Below are positions 53,786-64,000 of a stretch of DNA of 64,000 nucleotides, piece by piece. The position numbers were made by a program, and so were the translations under genes. Source of the DNA: Chrysemys picta bellii (lineage: Eukaryota); contig NC_088802.1 in NCBI RefSeq assembly GCF_011386835.1, positions 1,550,001 to 1,614,000 of the forward strand, read 5' to 3'. The notes beneath the pieces are model-generated. The model saw only the letters and a program-made list of their open reading frames with translations. It was not told the origin of the DNA and made no database searches. The stretch's first letter is position 1. Every line of letters begins with the position of its first letter.

Positions 53786-56579
53786 CGTCGGGGGTCCGGG
53801 GGGGCTTGGGGCCCCCGCCTTTTTAATTATGACCCCCAGCCAACAGGATCCTGTTTGGTACCAACTGGGTGTTCGGAGCAGGGGGGTTTCCTAGGGGAGG
53901 ATCTGGGGGGGGCTGGAATTGGGGGGGGGCTGGGGGTGGGTCCTTGGGGGGCTGGACACGGGGGTCTGGGGTCCTTTTCCTGGTCAGAAAGTGATTGTAA
54001 AAGATTTGGGGGGTGGCGGGGTTTGAACCGGCCCGTAGTTCATGTCTTGGCTGCCTGGTTTGGGGGGGCTCAGTTTGGGGGTGCCCCAGCCCCCCCCAGC
54101 CAGGCAGTGTCCAGTATTAACCCTTTCGTGCCTGGCACGAGGAGGCCGAGCCGCGCTGCCATGTTCCGTGTGGGACTCAGGGATTTCAGGGGGTCTTCAG
54201 AGCTCCGCTGTTGTACCCCCAAAACCAGACCCAACCCCATTTTAGCTCAGGGGAGGGGGAGGGAGTGGACCACCGAAAGGGGGAATATTAGGGTACTTGA
54301 CATTTGGGGGTTAGTTTGGGGGTTCACATAACTTTTTAGGTACATTTCCAGATGTGGCAGTTTTGGGGGTTCAGTTGCAGAGGAATTTGGGGGGCCGGAT
54401 GGGTCTAAGGGGATTTGGGGAAGTCCCTGGAGAACCTGCAGGACCCCACAGTGGGGTCAAGGATCTGAGGGGTGATGAGGATTTGGGGGTTCACTATGGG
54501 GAAGATTAGATGTGGGAGCCCCAACTTTGGGGTGCCGAAGATGGGTGTGGATTCAACTGGGAAACTTAGTTGAACCCCAAGGCTTAGAAAGAGGCATCAG
54601 CTGCAATTGGGGGTTCAGTTTTAGGGCCTCAAGAGTGGTTTTGGGGTGACCGAATTTGGAGGTTGCATTTCCAGGAGACAGTTTGGGGCTGGGGGTTTTG
54701 GGGTGTCCAGGAGACCTGCTGGTTGGGGTCAGCAGGAATTGTGCGTTATATTTTGGGGTTCATGTCGCAGCACCTGGTTCTTCAGTCTGGGAAGTTTGGG
54801 GTCACTGGGACATTTGCATGAATTTTAGAGGTTCACTTATTTTAGTAGCTTATGGGCTGTTGATATTGGGGGTCACTAGAGAAATTGCTGGTAGTTTTGG
54901 GGTTCATGCCCCAGATGGGAGTTCACGTGGATTGAGTTAAGCACATTGGCGATTCACTTAGGGGGTTGAGTTTTGGGGAGCCACTTAAATTGGGGGTCAC
55001 TAGAAATTTGCATGACTTGTAGGGACTTGGGGTTATGTTTGGGGCTGCTAGTTTTGGGGGTCACTAGAGATTTTGTGTTAAGTCATAGGGTGATTCAGTT
55101 CAGGAACCTCCACTTATTTGGGGGTTTGCTGGAATTTTGGGGCTGTTTTTAGAGGTGATGGGGTGGTAATTTGGGGTGGCTGGTTTTGCATGAGTTATTG
55201 GGGTTCAGTTATTTTTATAAACAGTTGGAGACTTGGACCCTGGGTTCAGGAGTTCTAGGATAATTTGGGGGTGTCACTAGGAGGTTGTCAGTATTGGGGT
55301 ACCAGGCTGTATTGGGGGGAGGTTTCCTGCATTTTAGGATCCAGCTTCAAGTGTACAAGGTTGGGATTCTAGGGGTGTATCGGGGTAACTGCAGAGCCGA
55401 CTGCATCTGACTTGAAATGTGGGGCTGCAGCTGTCTGGGGTACTTTGAATTTTGGGGTGCTGTGCACAGTTGGAGTGACTGGGCAGTTGACTTGGGGGTG
55501 CAGGTTTGGGAGTCCAGCTGCTTTTGGGGGGCCCAGCATCACGGGGGCCCTAGTTTGAGGGGGCTCCAGGTTGATGTGGGGGTGCCAGACTGATTTTGGG
55601 GGGCTAGAGCTCCAAGGGTCAGCATGACCAGGACACAAAATTTGGGGGTGCAGGAGCACAATCTGTGCAGCCCCCCGGTTCTGAGACCCCCTGTTTCTCA
55701 CAGAGGGGGGCTGTCTGTGGCTCCCTGACTGGCATGTCAAATATTGGGGTTCCCAGCCCCAGCCCCCTGGGCGGATGTTTACATATTTATGGGGCTGTGG
55801 TGTGTGGGGGGTCAGCCTGGGAACCCCACTGTGCCCCCTGCCCCCGGGGAGATGTCAGGGGGGTCAGTGTTACACCCCCGATTCCAGCCCCCATGTTCTG
55901 TGTATTTATAACAATAAAAGCACTTTGTTCCCTAATGTGTGTGTGGGTTTCCTCTGGGGGAGAGAACCCAGGAGTCCTGGCTCCCAGCCCCCCCTGCTCT
56001 AACCCAACAGCCCCCACTCCCCTCCCCGAGCCAAGGAGAGAACCCAGGAGTCCTGGCTCCCAGCCCCCCTGCTCTAACCCCCACTCCCGTCCCAGAGCTG
56101 GGGAGAGAACCCAGGAGTCCTGGCTCCCAGCCCCCCCTGCTCTAACTACCATCCCCCACTCCCCTCCCAGAGCCAGGGAGAGAACCCAGGAGTCCTGGCT
56201 CCCAGCCTCCCCACTCCCCCCCCCCCCCCCCGCTCCAGACTGTCACATTCCATCAGGGTGACGCTGGGGCGGGAATTAAAGGGACTCCCCCCCACCCCCC
56301 CCCCCGTCGCCTTGGTGTGTGGGGGGAGTCAAGTGCGGGGGGGGGGGCTGTGGCCTCCTCCCTTCAGCACAGCCCCCCCCATGCAAGGTTGGGACCCCCC
56401 AGCACAGCGCCCCGCCCCAGCGCTCAGCCTGGACCCCCCCCCACCAGGCTAGCCAGGCGGGGGGGGGGGGGATTAGCTGGGGGGGGATTAGCGGGTTAAT
56501 CCGGTTGCACCTGCCGCCTTTAAGTGGCTTGTCTGTAAACAGGTTGGGGGGGGGGCAGCAGGACAGAGAGAGAGACAGG

Positions 56580-57540
56580 TGAGAGCCTGGGAGTGGGGTG
56601 TAGTGGTTAGAGCAGGGGGGGCTGGGAGCCCGGACTCCTGGGTTCTCTCCGAGCTCTGGGAGGGCAGTGGGGACTGGTGGTCAGAGCAGGGGGGGCTGGG
56701 AGCCAGGACTCCTGGGTTCTCTCCTGGCTCTGGGAGGGGAGTGGGGGCTGGTGGTTCGAGCAGGGGGAGCTGGGAGCCAGGACTCCTGGGTTCTCTCCCC
56801 AGCTCTGGGAGGGGAGTGGGGGCTGGTGGGTTAGAGCAGGGGGGCTGGGAGCCAGGACTCCTGGGTTCTCTCCCCAGCTCTGGGAGGGGAGGGGGCTGGT
56901 GCTTAGAGCAGGGGGGGCTGGGAGCCAGAACTCCTGGGTTCTCTCCCCAGCTCTGGGAGGGGAGTGGAGTCTGGTGGTTAGAGCGGGGGGGGGGGGCTGG
57001 GAGCCCGGACTCCTGGGTTCCCGCCCGGCTCTGGGAGGGGAGTGGGGGCTGGTGGTTAGAGCGGGAGGCGGGGGATTGGGAGCCCGGACTCCTGGGTTCC
57101 CGCCCGGCTCCGGGAGGGGCGGGCCCGGCAGGTGTGTGGCTCTGAATCCCGGATGCGGGTGGGGCCGGAGACACCTGAGCGGCCGGGACCCGTTTTCACT
57201 CAGGCCCCAGGACCCGAGAGGTGACCCGGGGGGGGTCGGGGAGGGGCTGGGGGGTTTTCCCGGTGGGGGGGGGGGGGAGACAGGCGCAGAGGAGGCTAAA
57301 GTCCAAACCCTGCGGCTCTGTCTGCTTATCCCCACCCCCAGGGAACGGGGTGGGGGAGGGGGCTGGGAGCCCGGACGCCTGGGTTCACTCCCGGATCTGG
57401 GAAGGGACTGGGGGCTAGTAGGGTGGGCGTGGGAGGGAACGAGGACTCCTGGGTTCTCTGCCTGGCTCTGGGAGGAGAGTGGGGGCTGGGAGGCCGGACG
57501 CCTGGGTTCTCTCCCGGATCTGGGCAGCGCTGGGTATTTG
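56580..57540. repeat. Minisatellite family B array
   Basis: Same unit repeated. Confidence 0.85.
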
Positions 57541-57729
57541 TGGACTCTGGAGTCAGGCCAGGACCCCGCCCCAGCTGGCTCCCCCCCCAAGTCACCCCCT
57601 CCCCTTCGGCCCCGAATCCCCACCCACTCCTCTTCCCTCTTTCAGTCTCCTGACCCCTCACTGGCCCAGCCCCACCTCCCTTCACTGACCCCCTCCCACA
57701 CACCCACAGCACGCAGTGGGAGTGAGGGG

Positions 57730-58225
57730 CCCTGGTAGAGCTGGGTGGGACAGGGCTGGGCTAGCAGGGGCTGCGGGTCGGGAGTGAGGGGTACCGGCAG
57801 AGCTGGGCTGGCGGGGGCTGCGGGTCGGGAGTGAGGGGCACCAGCAGAGCTGGGGGGGGCAGGGCTGCGGGTCGGGAGTGAGGGGCACCGGCAGAGCTGG
57901 GGGGGGCAGGGCTGGGCTGGCAGGGGCTGCGGGTCGGGAGTGAGGGGCACCGGCAGAGCTGGGGGGGGGCAGGGCTGGGCTGGCAGGGGCTGCGGGTCGG
58001 GAGTGAGGGGCATCGGCAGAGCTGGGGGGGGGCAGGGCTGGGCTGGCAGGGGGCTGCGGGTCGGGAGTGAGGGGCACCGGCAGAGCTGGGGGGGGCAGGG
58101 CTGGGCTGGCAGGGGCTGCGGGTCGGGAGTGAGGGGCATCGGCAGAGCTGGGGGGGGCAGGGCTGGGCTGGCAGGGGGCTGCGGGTCGGGAGTGAGGGGC
58201 ACCGGCAGAACTGGGGGGGGGCAGG
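57730..58225. repeat. Minisatellite family A array
   Basis: Same core, reverse orientation. Confidence 0.88.
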
Positions 58226-59142
58226 GCTGGTCTGACCTTATTTTATTGGCTCTCCTAGCCAGGTTCGTTCCGCCCCTTTCCCATCCCACGATTCGACCCC
58301 TCCGAGAAGGATCCAGATCGGTGCGGACCTGTGAGCTGGGTTCTAGACACCGCAAGGATCTAGCTTGGGGTTCTAGACTCTGGAGCAGCCACGTCCGGGA
58401 ATCTGGAGAAACAGGATGAACCATCCAGCTCTAGAGCAAGTGGGTTCCTGATCCCACCACGTTCTAGACTCCACCAGGTTCCAGAGCAGGCCCCAGGGAA
58501 TCTGCTTGACGCTAGAGGAACACAAATGCTCCAAACCCCATGTTACTGAGCAGCGAAGGATCTGGACCGTGCTGGGTTCTAGAGCCTGCAACCATCCTGT
58601 GGCCTGTTACACCGTGAGGTGGAGTCATCAGATGGGAGAACTGGGTTCTAGATTATCCCAGGTTTCTAGTGGGGGTCTAGCCTGCTTGCGGTTACTGAAT
58701 TCCACGTGTGTCTTGATCTGGGTGGTCTAGGCTGGAGAGGAGACCCAGGCACAGGCCAATCTAGAGTCACGTTCTAGTCGCTCCACGACATCTGAAGTGC
58801 CCAGACATAGAGCTCTGGATTCAGCATTGGAGGCACCTGCTCAGAGGATCCAGAACCTCCAGATGATCTAGAGCAGACACGGCTGTAGACGCCATCAGGT
58901 TCCCGAGCTGACACCTCCTGCCAAGCTGATGAGTGCGGACTCCGGAAACACCAGCAAGACCTGCTAGGTTCTGGAGCCATCGCATCCCTGGGAGCCGGTT
59001 CTAGATCCTGCCTTGCTCTAGATCGGTTGGAGCTGTGGGTTCGGTGACCTCTAGAAAGCAGCCGTAGGGCTCCAGAGTGGGCCAGCCCAACGCAGGGAGC
59101 CCCAGAACCCCTCAGAGGTTCCAGATCAGGTTCTAGACCCCC

Positions 59143-62100
59143 ATGGAGGACCAGAGTGACACCTGCCGGCTGTGCAGCTCCCCGCTGCAGGGCAGCCAGC
59201 GCCGGTGGCTCTTCCACCGAGCCCCCCAGCGCCCCGACCTGCGGGTTCTCCTGGCCCACGTGTGCCGGGAGGCGCCGTGCCGGGGCGACGGCCGGAGCGA
59301 GTTCCTCTGTGGGAAATGCGCCCAGGCGCTGGGACGGGTTTTCCGCTTCGACACGGTGATCGCCCGGGTGCAGGTGCTGTCCCTCGAACGGCTCCGGCGC
59401 CTCCTGGAGGAGAAGGAGCGTCTGGTCCGCTGCCTCCGGCACCTCCATGCCCGGCGCAGCCCCACGGCCAGCCTGCCCCCGAGCCCGGCGGGCGCCCCCC
59501 AGCTGCCGGACGTGTCATACCAGCGGCTGCTGCAGGAGGACATGGTGCTGGCCGGGTTTGAGTGCTGGGTGGAGACGGGCGCCGCCGGAAGCCCCTGCCA
59601 GAACCGCTGGTGCCCCGGCTGCCACGGGCTGCGGGTGCCTGACGCGGATTACGAGTGGGTGTGTGGGACGCCGCGGCAGCTCCGCGCTGGGTCCCCGGCA
59701 CTGCCCCTCTGCCGGGACAAGTCCCAGAGCATGCCCCTGGTGCTGCGGGCCGGCGTGGGGGGCACCCGGGGGCACAGCGGGTCCCTGCTTTCCCTGCGCT
59801 CCTGCTCCCTCCTGTCCCTGGACAGCCTGGCCGGGCACGAGCCGCTGGGGGAGGCGCTGCGGGCGCTCGGGGGCATCGGCCGGCGGGCGCTGAGGGTGCC
59901 CCGCGGCAGCAGGATCCCAGTGCTGGCAGGGAGGGCAGCCCCCTCAGCCCCCCCCACGGAGATGGAGGAGGAAGAGGAGCAGGAGGAGGAAGAAGAGGAA
60001 ATCGAGGATGAATTCGTACCACTGGGGATGAAGGTGAGAAGGGGAACGAGGAATAGAACCCAGGCGTCCTGGCTCCCAGCCCCCCCCCCCACTCTAACCC
60101 ACTAGCCCCCACTCCCCTCCCAGAGCCGGGGAGAGAACCCAGGAGTCCGGGCTCCCAGCCCCCTGCTCTGACCACCAGCCCCCACTCCCCTCCCAGAGCC
60201 GGGGAGAGAACCCAGGAGTCCTGGCTCCCAGCCCCCCCTGCTCTAACCACTAGCTCCCACTGCCCTCCCAGAGCCGGGAAGAGAACCCAGGAGTCCCGGC
60301 TCCCAGCCCCCCCTGCTCTAACCCACCAGCCCCCACCCCTAGAGTCTCTCTCTCTCGCTGGGAGATGTTGGGGTGCCTCCTTCTCCCCATTCTCCTTCCA
60401 GGCTCTGGCGGGGCGCCGGCTCCGGCGCCGGGAGCTGCCCGGAGCTGTCGAGGGGCTGGCGGGGAGGCTGGCGGCTGCGGAGGGGGAGCTGCGGAGGCTT
60501 CGGGCGAAGACGGGGGGCTGGGCCCCCGAGGTATGGAATTGGGGGGGCAGCGCCCCCAGCCCCACCCTGCCAGGGCCCCGCGCCCCCTGCTGGCCTCACC
60601 CCATCCCATGTCTCTCTCCCGCAGGACGCCGGGGTCCCCTCCGCGCCGGGGGCGGGGCCGGGCCGGGAGCGGGTCCTGGGGGTGCTGGCCCAGTGTCTGC
60701 ACAGCAAGGAGGCGACGCTGCAGGTAGGGGGAGGGCGGGGGGTGGGGGGAGCAGACCCCGGGCTCAGCCGCTAACACCCCCCTCTGCCCCCCAGGACTGC
60801 CTGGCCGCCCTGGAGAGCCTGGCCCCCCCGGGGAGCCTGGTCCCGCACCTCTGCGGGCGGCTGAAGGAGCGAGACGAGGCGCTGGAGGTAGGAGCCCCCC
60901 GGCCGCACCCCCCTCCCCCGGCTCTGCCGCGCTCCCTCCTTCATGGGCGGTGGGGCCGGGCCGGTTCTGCGTGTCCCCCCCAGCGCGGCCCGGTCCCACG
61001 TGTCTCCCCCCCAGCCCGGCCCCTGACGCGCCCCCTCTCGCCCCCCAGCGCACCCTCGCCGATCACTTCTTGGAGCTGGAGCGGGAGCGGAGCCGCCTGC
61101 AGGGGGCGCTGCGGGACAAGGACCGCGACCTGGGGCGGCTGGCGGCCGCACTGCGCACCGGGGAGCAGACGCTGCACGTAAGGGGGCTGGGGACCCCCAG
61201 AGCTGTGGGGGGAGGGGGTCACCCGGGATTTCCCACACCCCTCCCCCGGGGCAGGGCACCCCCAAGATCTTCCTCCAGCGACCCCTTTCCCAATGTCATA
61301 TACACACCCCATCCTTACCCAGGGAGGGGGTTCCCCCATGGGGTATACACCCCCCAATTCCCCTGCCCCCCTTACTCAGGAAGGGGGGCCCCATCGGGTA
61401 TACACCCCCCATCCTCCCCACCCACCTTACCCAGGGAGGGGGTCCCCCATGCGGTATATGCCCCCCAATTCCCCCGCCCACCTTACCCATGGAGGGGGGT
61501 CCTCCGTGGGGTATACACCCCCCCAATTCGCCCTGCCCACTTTGCCCATGGAGGGGGGGGGCCATGGGGTATACAACCCCCGATTTCCCCTGCCCACCTT
61601 ACCCAGGGAGGGGGGTCCCCCCTGGGGTATACACCCCCCCAACCCACCTTACCCAGGGAGGAGGGCTCTGACCCCCCACTCCCTCCCCACGCACTGTTTG
61701 GGCGCACGGGGGTCTCCAGGCGCTGCGCGAGACGCTGGAGCAGAAGGAGCTGGAGCGGACGCAGTTGGCATCGCTCTGCGCCATGGCCCAGGACGCCTGG
61801 CGCCGGCAGGACCAGACCCGGGCGCTGGCACTGAAGGAGATGCAGGAGCTGGTCGCTGCCCTGCAGGCCGCCCTGGCCAGCAGCACCAAGGACCTGGAGG
61901 TAGGGAGCCCCCTCCCCGGCCCACGTTCGCCCCGGGGCCCTGCAACCGTGGGTCCCGGCTCCCGCGATTCCTGGTGCCTGCCGGCTGGTCCCCACTCAGA
62001 AACGCCCTTGGGAATTCAGTGTTCGCCCCCCGTCTCTGCTTGGCGATGTCTAGAACACTGGTTACAACAGTGGCTGCTCCTGCCTCAGTTTCCCCATGGC

Positions 62101-62756
62101 TTTCATCCCCCCCCCCCCGGCCGCTGCCATAGAGACCTTTTGCAACAACGTTTCCCACCTTCTAGCTCTTCCCGCTGGGCCCGGTGCTGATCAGAACATC
62201 AGTTGCAACAGTGTGTCCCCATCTCAGCTCGTTGTGTCCTTGGGCAGGCGCCGTGTACCCCACCGTGGCTCTCTCCCCACAGGTGCTAGCCGAGTCTCCG
62301 GCTGCCCCGGCCCCGGCCCTGCTGCAACGGCTGCAGGAGCAGGAGGGGCTCCTGGCCGAGGCGCTGGCCGAGCGGGCCCGGCTGGCTGCGGAGATGGAAG
62401 CCCGGCTGCAGGGGGCGCTGGCAGCCGCAGAGCAGCAGCTGCAGGTGAGGGAGGACGAGGGGGGGGTCATTGCTGGTGGAGGGTGGCAGGGCTGGGGGGC
62501 AGGAGATGGGGCAGGGTTGGGGGCACTACCGTGGGCAGACAGGGGGCAGTAATTCTCATTCCGCCCCCCCCCCCAGGATCAGATGCATGGCTGCACCCAG
62601 GCGCTGGCCAAGCGGGCGCGGGAGGCGGGGGCCCTGCGGGGGCGCCTGGCCCGGCAGGAGGGGGCGCTGGCCGAGGGAGCCGACGCCCTGGTGCGGTGCC
62701 GGGCGGAGCTGGCCCGACTGCGGGGGCTGCTGGAGGAGCGGGACGACGCGCTGGCG
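59143..62756 (+). CDS. Myomegalin/PDE4DIP-like (CDK5RAP2 family) coiled-coil protein; 3' exons beyond 62756 unresolved
   Basis: Exons 59143-60033, 60402-60530, 60625-60723, 60795-60887, 61049-61177, 61720-61899, 62283-62444 and 62577-62756, all phase 0 and in frame. The N-terminus CRLC..QRRWLFH..EFLCGKC..RFDTVIAR..LERLRRLLEEKERL..GFECWVE..LRVPDADYE matches, from memory, the alternative N-terminus of myomegalin variant 8. Heptad-rich exons follow. Possible AATAAA at 63552-63557. Confidence 0.8.
61250..61670. repeat. About 58-bp tandem repeat in a myomegalin-like intron
   Basis: ccttacccagggagggggtcccccatggggtatacacccccc, about 6 copies. Confidence 0.8.
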
Positions 62757-64000
62757 GTGAGCGGGGGGCCCAGGCTGGCAGGGGGGCAGCGGTGGGATGG
62801 GAGGGACCCGACTAGCACCACCTAGTGGCTGCAGCCGCCCGCACCCAGCTGCCAATAGGGGCTGCTGGAGGAACTGCAGCCGGGGGCAGGTTTGGCGCCA
62901 CCCGCTGGCTGCCATGGGAACTACAAGGGCTGGGCTCAGCCCTGTATTGAGTTGTGGCCGGTCTCGGGCTGATCTCGTGGGTTTCCCCCCCACAGAAGGC
63001 TGCCCGGGAGGCGGAGGAGAAGGACCGGAGGCTGCAGGCGTCCTGGCTGCAGGGTGGGGCTGGAGGCATGACGCAGACGCTGTGAGCAGGAGGGTGAGTG
63101 GGGGCACTGGCAGAGGGGGAAGGGAGGGGAGAAACCATGGGGGGGGGTGAAGGGGAGGGGGCAGGGAGCAGCTGGGGGGGGCAAATCTCTCTCCCGGGCT
63201 GCAGCTCAGCTCTGCCCTTGTCTGTGTTGCAGATCTGGGGTCTGGCGTGTGGGGCCGGCTCTGCCCCCCGCCAAGCCCCCACCGGCGATGGGACTGCCAG
63301 GGGCGCTGCAGAGGATCCCAGCTCCGGCCAGGAGGGGGCGCTTCGCTTCGCTTGACGCTGACTTGGGATGCGGGGAGTATTTCCCATCCAGTAAACGTTG
63401 GCTCTGGGGGATTTCCGGTCCCGTGGGGCCGGTGGCTGCATTGATTCGTGGTTCCCAGGAGGGGCGTTCCCTGGGCCGGCTCCCGTCACTGTGGGGCTGC
63501 TGTCCTGCCCCAAACTGCTTTGGATTAATTAACGAACCAGCCCCATTAATCAATAAATCATCTTTAATAAAATCTCCTTCCTACATAATGCCCTTCGTCT
63601 CTAGCGAGACAACCGGAGAGGTCCTATATACAGCATTTCCTTGGCTAAGCCGCTGGGGGGGGAAGGGCTGGGGAGGAGTATTGGGGGGGGGGGTTGGTAT
63701 AAAGGGGAGATGCCTTTTGATTATGGTAATTCCTACAGCGTGTGGCATGGCCTGGATTGGCCATGGACAGGAAGTGACACAGGGACTGAAAGGAAGGTGG
63801 CCATTAGCAGGATCAAGGGTGGGCTGGGGGCGGACAGGACCTGACCTGGGCCGAGACAGGAAGATGAGGGGGCAGGGGTTGGAAAAGTAAAATGGCCGAC
63901 AGCAGCGTGAAATGGGGCGGATGGCGCATGACAACATGGAGGAACCAGGCTGGAGAGGCGGCAGCCTGGACTATGGCGCGGGCCGCCCCGAGTCAAAGGG

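Overview
GC-rich, repeat-dense vertebrate genomic DNA, most likely from a turtle (inferred from the CR1, Penelope-like and hAT repeat families). Gene content matches the MHC class III region: ATF6B (-, runs off the left edge), FKBPL (+), PRRT1 (-) and PPT2 (+). Two extra multi-exon genes are not part of the human interval. One is a carnitine acetyltransferase (CRAT)-like gene (-) whose catalytic His and several substrate-site residues are substituted, making it a candidate pseudoenzyme. The other is a myomegalin/PDE4DIP-like gene (+). I also reconstruct an unlisted three-exon minus-strand transcript (6461 to about 4600) with an in-frame UGA at codon 3 and a weak SECIS-like 3' UTR pattern. The CRAT-like gene carries two tandem arrays built from its own splice junctions: 8 in-frame 18-nt micro-exon cassettes, and about 30 back-to-back AG|GT units. 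Mobile elements include an intact Gmr1-type Gypsy element with apparently identical LTRs in a PPT2 intron, a non-autonomous LTR element plus a solo LTR, a CR1 relic with a steep GC gradient, a hAT MITE and a Penelope-like insertion. Four apparent indels at G/C homopolymers (1 in PRRT1, 3 in CRAT-like) are probably assembly errors. All assignments come from manual translation and remembered protein and repeat families; no database search was run.
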